Source: an uncultured Schleiferiaceae bacterium
GTDB lineage: Bacteria; Bacteroidota; Bacteroidia; Flavobacteriales; Schleiferiaceae
DNA: 64,000 nucleotides
Reading direction: 5' to 3'
Assembly (NCBI GenBank): GCA_965655795.1
Contig: CBFHHY010000009.1
Coordinates: 169 to 64,168, forward strand
The translations under genes were made by a program, and so were the position numbers. Under the pieces are notes generated by a model. That model had not been told where the DNA came from. It saw only the letters and a program-made list of their open reading frames with translations, and did not search any database. How positions within the stretch are numbered: position 1 is the stretch's first letter; each line of letters starts with the position of its first letter. Shown piece after piece: positions 20,109 to 29,921 of the stretch.

Positions 20109-20257
20109 TAACTATTTTGGTTGATCATTTGACAAAAATCCGAAATTTAAAGGGAACAACATTCTTTTGGATGAGAAAAATATAATCACTTAACATTAAA
20201 ACCATAAAAAGAGTTTTAAATCGGTACAAATGCGTTTTCATTAATTATCTTTAAAAA

Positions 20258-20785
20258 ATGAGTAATTCTTTCAATTTCAATAACTGGCTAAGTGAGAACC
20301 GTCATAAACTGGTTCCGCCCGTAGGTAATAAAAATCTGACACCTGATTCGGATGACTACATTGTTATGGTAGTTGCCGGACCAAATGCCAGAAAAGATTA
20401 TCATTACAACGAAACCGAAGAGTTTTTTTACCAACTGGAAGGAGAAATAACGGTTCGTCTTCAGGAGAAAAACGGCCCCGTAGACCATATATTAAAAGCA
20501 GGAGATATGCTTCTTGTCCCAGCAAGAACTCCTCATTCTCCAATTAGGAAAGAGGGCAGTATTGGTCTAGTTGTTGAACGAAAAAGAGAAGGGCGGGGTT
20601 TCCGAGATGGACTCCTATGGTATTGTGACTCATGTAATTTTCTTTTACATGAAGTTTACTTTGATTTAAAAAATATTGAGACTGACTTTTTATCTCATTT
20701 TAAAAACTTTTATCGCTCTAAGGAGCATCGAACATGCGATAATTGTGGATCTGTGATGGAGGCTGATTTAAGATTTACGGAATGA
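20258..20785 (+). CDS. 3-hydroxyanthranilate 3,4-dioxygenase
   Basis: 175 aa cupin with KLVPPVGNK, DYHYNETEEFFYQLEG and HSP. A C-terminal rubredoxin-like pair CDSC...CDNC is typical of bacterial HAAO. Confidence 0.9.
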   Translation: MSNSFNFNNWLSENRHKLVPPVGNKNLTPDSDDYIVMVVAGPNARKDYHYNETEEFFYQLEGEITVRLQEKNGPVDHILKAGDMLLVPARTPHSPIRKEGSIGLVVERKREGRGFRDGLLWYCDSCNFLLHEVYFDLKNIETDFLSHFKNFYRSKEHRTCDNCGSVMEADLRFTE

Positions 20786-21447
20786 ATCCTAATGATGATC
20801 TAAAAATAACTCGCAGTGAGGAAGACTATTTGAAAGCAATGCTCAATTTGACACAATCAGGTCAAAGCATAACTACAAATACTATTGCTGACAAAATTCA
20901 TGTCTCTCCTCCAAGTGTTAATTCTATGGTGAAAAAACTTAACCGAAAAGGATTAGTTAAATTTCAAAAATATGGCTCAATTCTTTTTACGGACTTAGGA
21001 AAAAAATTAGCTACGTCTCTCACAAGAAAACATAGACTTTGGGAAGTATTCTTACACCAAAAACTAAAATTCAATTGGGACGAGGTTCATGATGTTGCCG
21101 AAGAGCTTGAGCATGTGAAAAGTGAAAAATTAACGCAAAGGCTAGATGAATTCTTAAACTTTCCAAAACTTGACCCACATGGAGACCCGATCCCAGGTAA
21201 TGATTTAAAAATTCCCTTGATTAAAAACCGTATTTTAACTGAGGTGGCAGCAGGTAAAAACTGTGAATTTTCTGGGGTGCTAGAAGACTCTTCTAGATTT
21301 TTGAAAGATTTGGATTTATTGGGGCTTCGTTTAGGAATGAAAATGAAAGTGATTTCTTCTAAAACGGGTTTTATAAATCTGAAATGCAAAAACTCTAAAG
21401 AAATTCAAATTCCAATAAACTTAGCAAAAAAAGTATACGTAAGCTGA
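20782..21447 (+). CDS. DtxR/MntR-family metal-dependent transcriptional regulator with C-terminal FeoA/SH3-like domain
   Basis: SEEDYLKAM, a winged-helix region, HRLWEVFL and DPHGDPIPG motifs are present. Its ATG overlaps the HAAO stop codon (ATGA at 20782-20785). Confidence 0.88.
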   Translation: MNPNDDLKITRSEEDYLKAMLNLTQSGQSITTNTIADKIHVSPPSVNSMVKKLNRKGLVKFQKYGSILFTDLGKKLATSLTRKHRLWEVFLHQKLKFNWDEVHDVAEELEHVKSEKLTQRLDEFLNFPKLDPHGDPIPGNDLKIPLIKNRILTEVAAGKNCEFSGVLEDSSRFLKDLDLLGLRLGMKMKVISSKTGFINLKCKNSKEIQIPINLAKKVYVS

Positions 21448-21451
21448 CATA

Positions 21452-22447
21452 TCAGCCATTTAACCAATACAAAGCATTGGTTCCTAAAATTTTTTCTTTT
21501 TTCAATTTTGGCCAATCCATGTTTCGAATAAGATTTCCAGGTCTATTTTCTCCTAGTGGGAAAGGATAATCTGAACCCAAAATGACTCGGTCTTCACCGA
21601 CTAAATCGACAATATTATTCAGTGTTTTTCTGTCATGTACTAGACTATCTAACCAAAACTTACCGAGATAGCTCGATGGAGAAGTATTATTATCAATCGC
21701 ACATAGGTCCGGCCTAACGTTGAATCCATGCTCAATTCTACCAATGGTAGATGGAAAGCTCCCTCCCCCATGAGCTATTGCTATTCTCAATTTTGGCAAT
21801 CTCTCCAATACTCCACCAAAAATCAAAGAACAAATCGCCCTACTAGATTCTGCTGGCATCCCCACTAGCCAGGGAAGCCAGTACTTTTTCATTGTACTTG
21901 ACCCCATCATGTCCCATGGATGAACAAACAAACACATATTTAGCCTCTCACATTCCTGAAAAACGGGGTACAATTCTGGAGCATCTAAATTCCAAGAATT
22001 TATATGACTTCCAATCTGAATACCCTTTAAGCCAATTGTTTTACAACGGTTAAGTTCTAATAAGGCCAACTCAGGAGACTGCATTGGTAATGTGCCAAGG
22101 CCCTCAAATTTCTTGGGATATGCTTGAACTATATTCGCAATGTGATCATTTAGAAATTTTGAAGTTTCTAGAGTGTCTTTTGGTTTAGCCCAATAATTAA
22201 ACATGACTGGCACTGCAGATAAAACCTGAATATCCACTCCTGAATCTTTGGATTCGCTTAAACGTACTTTTGGATCCCAGCAATTTTCACCAACCTCTCT
22301 AAAAAACATATCATCTTTAACCATTCTAGCGCATCCCTTGCAATGATGGTCAAGACTAATAAAACCTCCATATCCAAATTTCTTAGCAAATGAAGGAATC
22401 TTCTTAGGAAGAATGTGTGTGTGAATATCTATAACTGGTGACCTCAT
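21452..22447 (-). CDS. 2-amino-3-carboxymuconate-6-semialdehyde decarboxylase (ACMSD, amidohydrolase_2)
   Basis: By my recollection it is near-colinear with human ACMSD: IDIHTHILPKK, ENCWDP, VPVMFNYWAKP, LGTLPMQ, FVHPWDM, KYWLPWLVGMPAE, HGGGSFP, RPDLCA, LGSDYPFPLGE. I prefer the ATG at 22447; the ORF-track start at 22459 is a TTG. Confidence 0.9.
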   Translation of the reverse strand: MRSPVIDIHTHILPKKIPSFAKKFGYGGFISLDHHCKGCARMVKDDMFFREVGENCWDPKVRLSESKDSGVDIQVLSAVPVMFNYWAKPKDTLETSKFLNDHIANIVQAYPKKFEGLGTLPMQSPELALLELNRCKTIGLKGIQIGSHINSWNLDAPELYPVFQECERLNMCLFVHPWDMMGSSTMKKYWLPWLVGMPAESSRAICSLIFGGVLERLPKLRIAIAHGGGSFPSTIGRIEHGFNVRPDLCAIDNNTSPSSYLGKFWLDSLVHDRKTLNNIVDLVGEDRVILGSDYPFPLGENRPGNLIRNMDWPKLKKEKILGTNALYWLNG

Positions 22448-22486
22448 AAATTTTTTCAAACAATTTGAGCTAAGTTAGTGAAGTGC

Positions 22487-22494
22487 TACCTTTG
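22487..22494 (+). promoter_or_regulatory. Candidate -7 box (TACCTTTG) for purF
   Basis: Exact TAnnTTTG match, 18 nt upstream of the ATG at 22513. Confidence 0.35.
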
Positions 22495-22512
22495 GTTTTT
22501 GAAAAAATATAA

Positions 22513-24414
22513 ATGAGCGACGCTATCCAACATGAATGCGGAATTGCCCTTCTGCGGCTTCGCAAGCCCCTTGACTATTACCAAAAAAAATATGGTTCCG
22601 CTCTCTATGGTCTAGACAAAATGATTCTCATGATGGAGAAACAGCACAATCGAGGGCAAGATGGCGCTGGATTGGCTGGAATAAAATTAGATATGCCGCC
22701 GGGGCAAAGATATATCAGTAGATACAGGTCAATTGAAAATAATCCGATGCAGGATATTTACAATCGAATTCAAAAGCGCGTTCAAGAATTAATAAACGGA
22801 AAAGTTGAAAATATTAAAGACGTCAAATGGGTAAAAAAAAATCTACCTTTCGCATGTGAAGCATATCTCGGCCATCTCCGTTATGGGACTTTTGGATCTA
22901 ATTCCATTGAGTCCTGCCACCCCTTTCTGAGACAAAGCAATTGGATGAGTCGAAATCTCATTCTAGCAGGGAACTTCAATATGACGAATACATCTGAATT
23001 AATTGAAGAATTAATTTCTATTGGACAGCATCCCAAAGAACAAGCAGATACTGTAACAGTAATGGAAAAAATTGGTCATTTCTTAGACCAAGAAAATGAT
23101 CGTCTGAAGTCTGAATCTGAAAAAAACCTCAACTTAAACAAAGTTCAAAAGTCTAATTTTCAAATTGATAATATTGATCTTCAAAGAGTCATGAAAAAAG
23201 CTTCAAAAGGCTGGGACGGTGGATATGCAATGGGAGGAATGGTTGGTCAAGGAGATTCATTTTTAATTAGAGACCCGAATGGAATTCGTCCCGCTTACTA
23301 TTATTTTGATGAAGAAATTGCCGTAGTTGCTTCGGAACGACCGGTCATTCAAACCGCATTTGATTTAAAGTTTGATCAAGTAAAAGAAGTCCCTCCTGGA
23401 CACATGATATGGATTCGAAGAAGTGGTGAAGTTTCAATAAAAAAAATTTTAGAGCCAAAAAATAAACTTGCTTGCTCATTCGAACGAATCTATTTTTCAA
23501 GAGGTAATGATGGCGCCATTTATAATGAAAGAATCGAACTAGGAAGGAGATTAGCTAAAAAAGTATTCAATGCTGCTGATAATAATATAGATAAAACTAT
23601 TTTTAGCTTTATACCAAATACAGCTGAAATTTCATTCTACGGCCTAGTTAAAGGAGTTGAAACAGAATTAAATAAAGTTAAAGTAAAACAATTATTAAAA
23701 CTTAAGAATAGTTCATCAGAGGAAGATCTTTTAAAAGTTCTTGAACGCAAGCCTAGGGTAGAAAAAATTGCTTGGAAAGACATCAAGCTTCGAACTTTTA
23801 TAGCTCAAGATTTAGTTCGTGATGACATGGTTTCACATGTATATGATAGTACTTATAATGTTGTTGAATCGCAAGACACCATTGTGGCTGTCGATGATAG
23901 CATTGTAAGGGGGACTACATTGAGAAAAAGCATTTTAAAGATGTTAGATCGGCTAGGCCCGAAAAAAATAATTATTGTAAGCTCCGCGCCACAAATACGA
24001 TTTCCAGATTGTTATGGTATTGATATGGCAAAAATGAATGAATTTGCAGCATTCCGAGCAGCTATTGAATTACTAAAAGAAAGAGGGTTAAGTTCAATTA
24101 TAGAAAAGGCCTATAAAGAGGCTAAGTCTGAACTTAAAAAAGAAATGTCGCTACAGAAAAATGTAGTAAAATCAATTTATAAACCTTTTAAGGCATCAGA
24201 AATTTCCGAAAAAATCTCAGAAATGCTTACTCCTGAAAATGTTCGAGCAAAAGTTGAAATAATTTATCAAACCATAGAAGACTTACACATCGCCTGTCCT
24301 GAAAATTTGGGTGATTGGTATTTTACAGGGAATTACCCAACTCCAGGTGGCAATCGAGTATCTAACCAATCTTTTGTAAATTATGTTGAAGGGGTTTCAA
24401 AAAGAGCCTATTAA
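22513..24414 (+). CDS. purF: Amidophosphoribosyltransferase, long Bacteroidota form
   Basis: A class-II glutamine amidotransferase N-terminus has a short propeptide before the catalytic Cys (MSDAIQHE-CGIALL). A PRPP-binding loop VAVDDSIVRGTT lies in the C-terminal half. Confidence 0.85.
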   Translation: MSDAIQHECGIALLRLRKPLDYYQKKYGSALYGLDKMILMMEKQHNRGQDGAGLAGIKLDMPPGQRYISRYRSIENNPMQDIYNRIQKRVQELINGKVENIKDVKWVKKNLPFACEAYLGHLRYGTFGSNSIESCHPFLRQSNWMSRNLILAGNFNMTNTSELIEELISIGQHPKEQADTVTVMEKIGHFLDQENDRLKSESEKNLNLNKVQKSNFQIDNIDLQRVMKKASKGWDGGYAMGGMVGQGDSFLIRDPNGIRPAYYYFDEEIAVVASERPVIQTAFDLKFDQVKEVPPGHMIWIRRSGEVSIKKILEPKNKLACSFERIYFSRGNDGAIYNERIELGRRLAKKVFNAADNNIDKTIFSFIPNTAEISFYGLVKGVETELNKVKVKQLLKLKNSSSEEDLLKVLERKPRVEKIAWKDIKLRTFIAQDLVRDDMVSHVYDSTYNVVESQDTIVAVDDSIVRGTTLRKSILKMLDRLGPKKIIIVSSAPQIRFPDCYGIDMAKMNEFAAFRAAIELLKERGLSSIIEKAYKEAKSELKKEMSLQKNVVKSIYKPFKASEISEKISEMLTPENVRAKVEIIYQTIEDLHIACPENLGDWYFTGNYPTPGGNRVSNQSFVNYVEGVSKRAY

Positions 24415-24441
24415 AAAAAAGACATTTTAATTTAATAAGAA

Positions 24442-25014
24442 GTGAAAATTTATACTAAAACTGGAGATGGGGGCAAAACGAGTCTTTACAGCGGGAAACG
24501 TTTAAGCAAGTCTAATGTGCGAATCCATTCTTATGGAGCTCTTGATGAATTAAATTGCCATATCGGTCTTTTACGAGATCAAATTTCAAATCGAGAAGAA
24601 TTTGAAAACAAGGGGGAAGATCTGATAACAATTCAATCATGGATTTTTTCTTTAGGCTCACATCTTGCCAATGACTCTGTTGATATGGTGAATAGCCTTC
24701 CAAAAGTAAAATCTGACTGGATATTAGTTTTAGAAGAAAAAATTGACAAAATGACGTCAGAATTGATTCCTTTAAAAAACTTTATTCTACCTGGAGGAAA
24801 TTTAATAATTAGTCAAACTCATATTGCAAGAGCAATTTGCCGACGAGCAGAACGAATTACAATTGAATTGCAAAATTCATTATCCAATGATGATGTTCCC
24901 CTGCCTAAAAGTGCAATCCCGCTTTTAAATCGATTAAGCGATTATTTATTTACTCTTTCACGTTGGTTTTCAGCAAAAACAGGGGCCACGGAAATAGATT
25001 GGAAACCGATGTGA
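24442..25014 (+). CDS. ATP:cob(I)alamin adenosyltransferase, PduO type
   Basis: MKIYTKTGDGGKTSL, FILPGG and ARAICRRAER motifs are present. The start codon is GTG. Confidence 0.88.
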   Translation: MKIYTKTGDGGKTSLYSGKRLSKSNVRIHSYGALDELNCHIGLLRDQISNREEFENKGEDLITIQSWIFSLGSHLANDSVDMVNSLPKVKSDWILVLEEKIDKMTSELIPLKNFILPGGNLIISQTHIARAICRRAERITIELQNSLSNDDVPLPKSAIPLLNRLSDYLFTLSRWFSAKTGATEIDWKPM

Positions 25015-25046
25015 TAAAAAGTGCTTGTGTAGGCCCACAAAAAGAA

Positions 25047-25054
25047 TATATTTG
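25047..25054 (+). promoter_or_regulatory. Candidate -7 box (TATATTTG)
   Basis: Exact TAnnTTTG match, 25 nt upstream of the ATG at 25080. Confidence 0.3.
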
Positions 25055-25079
25055 CGAAAAATAAGAAGCATATATAAAC

Positions 25080-25304
25080 ATGTATTGGACTCTTGAACTT
25101 GCCTCCTATTTAAGTGATGCGCCATGGCCTGCCACAAAGGATGAATTGATTGATTACGCTATTCGAACGGGTGCCCCATTAGAAGTAGTTGAGAATATTC
25201 AAGCTATCGAAGAAGAGGATCAGGATGTTTATGAATCCATAGAAGAAATATGGCCAGATTATCCGTCAGATGAAGATTTTCTTTGGAATGAAGAGGAATA
25301 CTAG
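25080..25304 (+). CDS. Small acidic protein, DUF2795-like, unknown function
   Basis: 74 aa. WPATKDELIDYAIRTGAPLEVVENIQ resembles DUF2795, and the tail is strongly acidic. It lies just upstream of secA. Confidence 0.6.
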   Translation: MYWTLELASYLSDAPWPATKDELIDYAIRTGAPLEVVENIQAIEEEDQDVYESIEEIWPDYPSDEDFLWNEEEY

Positions 25305-25362
25305 CTTTAACAAATAATCACATAACCTTCGTGTCTCAAGGGTTTGTACTTTTATATGCAAG

Positions 25363-28300
25363 ATGATTCAAAAGCTTCTTCAAAAATTACTGGGCGATAA
25401 ATCTAAAAAAGACTTAAAAGAGATTCAGCCATATGTCGAAAAGATTCACCATGCAGAAGAGTCTATTCGGGGTATTTCACCTGATGGCCTTCGTCAAAAA
25501 ACCAAGGAATTTAAAGAGCGTGTCAAATCATCCTCAAAACTAGAACGAGAGGAAATCGTTTCCTTGAAAAATAGTGCGGATCAAGAAAATAACTTTGAAA
25601 TCAAAGAGTCTCTTTACTCAAAAATTGACGAATTAAGTAAGGCTGCTGAAGCTGCTGAAGATAAAATTCTAAATGAAATTCTTCCTGAAGCCTACGCGGT
25701 AATCAGAGAAACTGCTCGTCAATGGTCAATAGGTCCACTCCGTGTGACATGCACGAACTTAGATAGGGAACTATCATCATCGTTAAGTGCAATAAGTCTC
25801 GATGGGGAAAAAGCCACTTGGAGTAATGAGTGGGAGGCTGCAGGGACTCCTGTTTCATGGAATATGATACATTATGATGTTCAACTTTTTGGTGGAACTG
25901 TTTTGCATATGGGAAGAATTGCAGAAATGGCGACTGGTGAGGGGAAAACTCTTGTCGCAACTCTCCCCGTTTATTTAAACGCTCTTTCCGGTCGAGGAGT
26001 CCATGTTGTTACGGTTAATGATTATTTATCCAAAAGAGATGCCGAGTGGATGGGGCCACTATATCAATTTCATGGTTTAAGTGTTGATTGTATTGATAAA
26101 CATCAACCCAACAGCGAAGGGCGACGCAAAGCATATTCAGCAGATATAACTTTTGGTACAAATAATGAGTTCGGCTTCGATTATTTAAGAGATAATATGG
26201 CTAGAGAGGCGGATGACCTTGTCCAAAGGGGTCATAACTATGCTATCGTAGACGAAGTTGATTCTGTTTTAATAGATGACGCACGAACCCCCCTTATAAT
26301 TTCTGGCCCAACTCCAAATGGTGACAAACACGAATACAATGATCTGAAAAAGTTTGTAATTGAGTTATTTAATAGCCAAAAAAGCATATCCCATGAAGCA
26401 ATAACTTTAGCAAAAGACCTCTTGAGTCAAGGAAATTCAAAAGATGCAGGGTTTCAACTTTTAAGAGCCCATCGCGCTCTCCCTAAAAATAAAGCTTTAA
26501 TAAAATTATTATCTCAGTCCGGGAATAAGGCCTTACTTCAAAAAACTGAAGGATTTTATCTTCAAAATCAAGGTAAAGAAATGAAAGTCGTGGACGAAAC
26601 TCTTTTCTTCGCTATAGAAGAAAAACAGAATCAAGTTAATTTGACTGATAAAGGGATAGAAATGCTAAGCAATTTGACAAATCCTGAGTTTTTTATTATG
26701 CCTGACATGTCTACCGAATTGGATTCGATCATGTCCTCTGAAATTTCCCCTTCTAAAAAAGCCGAAAAAAAAGACGCTCTTGTTCGAGATTACAGAATAA
26801 AAAGTGAGCGAATTCACTCGATGAATCAATTATTAAAAGCTTATACTTTGTTTGAAAAAGATATTGAATATGTCGTTATGGATTCAAAAGTTAAAATTGT
26901 TGATGAACAAACGGGTAGAATTATGGATGGTCGCCGATACTCCGACGGGCTTCATCAGGCCATTGAGGCGAAAGAAAATGTAAAAATAGAAGCTGCTTCG
27001 CAAACCTATGCGACAGTAACTCTCCAAAACTACTTCAGGATGTACAACAAACTTTCTGGAATGACGGGAACAGCTGAAACCGAAGCTGGAGAATTTTGGG
27101 AAATTTATAAACTTGATGTTACTGTCATTCCTACGAATAGGCCTATCGCTCGTGATGACAGAGATGACTTAGTATTCAAAACAAAACGTGAAAAATACAA
27201 TGCCGTTATAGACGAAATAATAGCTTTGAGAGAAAGTAAACGTCCCGTTCTAGTCGGAACTACTTCTGTTGAGATCAGTGAATTATTAAGTAAAGCTCTG
27301 AATATCCGTAAAATTCCACATCAAGTTTTAAATGCTAAAATGCACCAAAAAGAAGCTGATGTTGTTGCGGAAGCAGGTCGTCCAGGCACAGTTACCATAG
27401 CAACAAATATGGCTGGTCGAGGTACAGATATAAAATTATCAAAAGAGACTGTGGATGCAGGAGGCTTAGCTATCATAGGCACAGAGCGCCATGATTCTAG
27501 AAGGGTTGATCGGCAACTAAGAGGTCGGTCTGGTAGACAGGGGGACCCCGGCAGTTCTCAATTTTTTGTAAGCCTAGAGGATAATCTTATGAGACTATTT
27601 GGCTCAGAAAGAATTGCAAGTTTAATGGATCGAATGGGCCACAAAGAAGGAGAAGTCATTCAGCACGGTATGGTTTCTAAGTCCATAGAAAGAGCTCAAA
27701 AAAAAGTTGAAGAAAATAATTTTGGAATGCGTAAAAGGCTTTTAGAGTATGATGATGTAATGAATGCTCAAAGGGAAGGCGTTTATCGCAAAAGAAAAAA
27801 TGCTCTTTCTGGAGAGCGGCTTCAAGTCGATATTGCTAATATGGCTTTTGATCTATCTGAAAATGTGGTTTCCAATTCTAAATCATCAGATAATTTCTCA
27901 TCATATCAATTAGACGTATTTGAGCTATTTGGAATATTACCTGCTGTTGATGAAGGTGAATTCAAGAAAATACCACTACATGAATTATCAAAACTAACAT
28001 TTGAAAGTGCTCTAAAATCATATTCATCCAGAAATTCTCAAGTGGCATTTCAAGCGCTACCGGTTCTTGAAAATGTGATTCAAGAACAGGGTAAAGATGT
28101 CGAAACCATTTTAGTCCCTTTCACAGATGGCAAAAAAGGCCTGCAGGTTCCAACTAATTTAAAAGAATCTGTAAGCTCCAAAGGAGAAAGTTTAATTCGA
28201 GATTTAGAAAAAAGTGTTGTCCTGTCAATGATCGACGAATCCTGGAAAGACCATCTCCGAAATATGGATGATCTCCGCCAAAATGTTCAAGGTGCAGTTT

Positions 28301-28692
28301 ATGAACAAAAAGACCCATTACTAATTTATAAACACGAAAGCTTTGGTCTCTTTAAAGAGATGTTAGATGATTTGAATAAAAACTCAATTTCTTTCCTTTT
28401 TAACGCAAACCTCCCAAAGCCTGACGAGCAAAATTCTTCTCAACGCGTTCAACGCGCATCTGAAAAAAAGACCTCAAAAATTAACTACACTACAAGTGGA
28501 CCTGGTAGTAGTGATTCAAATAATTCTGGTAATACTTCGAGAGGAAACCGGGTTGGTAAGCCTATAAAAAGTGAAAAAAAATATGGCCGTAATGATATTG
28601 TAACAATAACGAATATCACCTCAGGTGAGCAAAAAAATGTAAAATTTAAAATTGCAGAACCTCTACTCTCCCAAGGGTGGGTGTTGTTGTGA
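25363..28692 (+). CDS. secA: Preprotein translocase ATPase SecA
   Basis: 1109 aa with MATGEGKTLVATLP, DEVDSVLIDDARTPLIISG, TNMAGRGTDIKL and RQLRGRSGRQGDPGSS. The C-terminal tail lacks the Cys-rich zinc motif. Confidence 0.97.
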   Translation: MIQKLLQKLLGDKSKKDLKEIQPYVEKIHHAEESIRGISPDGLRQKTKEFKERVKSSSKLEREEIVSLKNSADQENNFEIKESLYSKIDELSKAAEAAEDKILNEILPEAYAVIRETARQWSIGPLRVTCTNLDRELSSSLSAISLDGEKATWSNEWEAAGTPVSWNMIHYDVQLFGGTVLHMGRIAEMATGEGKTLVATLPVYLNALSGRGVHVVTVNDYLSKRDAEWMGPLYQFHGLSVDCIDKHQPNSEGRRKAYSADITFGTNNEFGFDYLRDNMAREADDLVQRGHNYAIVDEVDSVLIDDARTPLIISGPTPNGDKHEYNDLKKFVIELFNSQKSISHEAITLAKDLLSQGNSKDAGFQLLRAHRALPKNKALIKLLSQSGNKALLQKTEGFYLQNQGKEMKVVDETLFFAIEEKQNQVNLTDKGIEMLSNLTNPEFFIMPDMSTELDSIMSSEISPSKKAEKKDALVRDYRIKSERIHSMNQLLKAYTLFEKDIEYVVMDSKVKIVDEQTGRIMDGRRYSDGLHQAIEAKENVKIEAASQTYATVTLQNYFRMYNKLSGMTGTAETEAGEFWEIYKLDVTVIPTNRPIARDDRDDLVFKTKREKYNAVIDEIIALRESKRPVLVGTTSVEISELLSKALNIRKIPHQVLNAKMHQKEADVVAEAGRPGTVTIATNMAGRGTDIKLSKETVDAGGLAIIGTERHDSRRVDRQLRGRSGRQGDPGSSQFFVSLEDNLMRLFGSERIASLMDRMGHKEGEVIQHGMVSKSIERAQKKVEENNFGMRKRLLEYDDVMNAQREGVYRKRKNALSGERLQVDIANMAFDLSENVVSNSKSSDNFSSYQLDVFELFGILPAVDEGEFKKIPLHELSKLTFESALKSYSSRNSQVAFQALPVLENVIQEQGKDVETILVPFTDGKKGLQVPTNLKESVSSKGESLIRDLEKSVVLSMIDESWKDHLRNMDDLRQNVQGAVYEQKDPLLIYKHESFGLFKEMLDDLNKNSISFLFNANLPKPDEQNSSQRVQRASEKKTSKINYTTSGPGSSDSNNSGNTSRGNRVGKPIKSEKKYGRNDIVTITNITSGEQKNVKFKIAEPLLSQGWVLL

Positions 28693-28694
28693 TT

Positions 28695-29921
28695 TTAACG
28701 GTTTAACCAGGGATTTGGGTCTTGATTCTCTGTGTTTTTCCAAAGTTCAAAATGAACGGTAGATTCCCCAGTCTCAGGATCAGATGCCACTGAACCTATT
28801 TCTTCTAAGATGTCTACTTTATCGCCTGTTTTAACATAAACATCCTCAAGGTTAGAGTACACTGTAAAATAATTACCGTGCCTAATAAGCACTACGCGAT
28901 TTGCTCCGGGGATTCTTACAACTGTTGATACTTCACCTCGGAACACAGCTCTAACCATAGATCCTTTTGGAGTACCAATATCAATACCTGGATTTTTTAT
29001 TGAAACCCCTGATGTTCCAGGAACAATATTGGGGCCAAAATCCTGTGTTATGATTCCTCTTTTTACCGGCCATGGTAAGTTCCCTTTATTTTCAGAAAAA
29101 TTCTTTGCCAAAGCCGTCCCCTCAGGAGTCAATTCAAATGTGGCTAAATTCGAGTTTGTTGATTTTGAATTACTACTACTTTTTCGAGCCGCATTCCTCT
29201 GACGTTTAAGCTCCTGTTTTATGATTTTTTGAATTTGCCTCTCTAATTTTTGTAGCTCACTTCTTTTCTTCTTAATCTCTGCCAAGACTCTTGATTCTTT
29301 CCTTTTGAGTGATTGAGCAGCACTTTCTCTATCATTCTTGTCATTAATTAAAACTTGCTTTTGGGCAATCTCTTCTGAAAGCAGTTTTATTTTTTCTTCT
29401 TTTTCTTTTTCTTCTATAGCTATATTTTTTTCTTTTCTTTCTTTTAAAGAATTAATCTCATCTACTTGTGTTCGACGAAAACCAACATACTGTTTCAAAA
29501 AATATATCCTTTTGAGAGCTTGCTGTATACTTGACGAAGCAAAAACATAAGCCCAAGACTGAGTTGGCTTGCCTCTTTTTTGTGCCTCTCTTATCATTGA
29601 GGCATATTTTTTTTTTAGAAGATCTATATCTTTTTGATTTTTCAAAATCTCTTTTTTCATACGAGAAATTTGAATCTCCGAATTCCTGACTTGTTGCTGA
29701 ATAGTTTTGATTAGCTCTTTACGAGCCTTTACTTTTTTATCCAAAGCCCTTACCTGGTTTAGAGTTAGAGCCTTATCCTTTTGGGTTTTTTTTAAAAGAA
29801 CATTGGCAATATTTATATCTTCCTGAAGTTGTGATTTTCTTTTTTCCAAAAATTCCTTTGAATTCTGAGAAAATGCGAAAAACGAGACTAAATAAAGAAA
29901 ACTAAAAATCCAATCGCGCAT
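28695..29921 (-). CDS. Murein hydrolase activator EnvC-like protein (coiled coil plus M23/LytM domain)
   Basis: A signal peptide (MRDWIFSFLYLVSFFAFSQ) precedes a long K/E/Q-rich coiled coil and a C-terminal LytM fold (GIDIGTPKGSMVRAVFRGEV...HFELW). I prefer the start at 29921. Confidence 0.85.
   Translation of the reverse strand: MRDWIFSFLYLVSFFAFSQNSKEFLEKRKSQLQEDINIANVLLKKTQKDKALTLNQVRALDKKVKARKELIKTIQQQVRNSEIQISRMKKEILKNQKDIDLLKKKYASMIREAQKRGKPTQSWAYVFASSSIQQALKRIYFLKQYVGFRRTQVDEINSLKERKEKNIAIEEKEKEEKIKLLSEEIAQKQVLINDKNDRESAAQSLKRKESRVLAEIKKKRSELQKLERQIQKIIKQELKRQRNAARKSSSNSKSTNSNLATFELTPEGTALAKNFSENKGNLPWPVKRGIITQDFGPNIVPGTSGVSIKNPGIDIGTPKGSMVRAVFRGEVSTVVRIPGANRVVLIRHGNYFTVYSNLEDVYVKTGDKVDILEEIGSVASDPETGESTVHFELWKNTENQDPNPWLNR

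Noticed and set aside
25024-25040. Weak hairpin (TTGTG/CACAA) after the PduO-type adenosyltransferase gene as a terminator
   Set aside because: It has only 5 bp with a 6-nt loop and no convincing U-tract, so it is not supportable as a feature.
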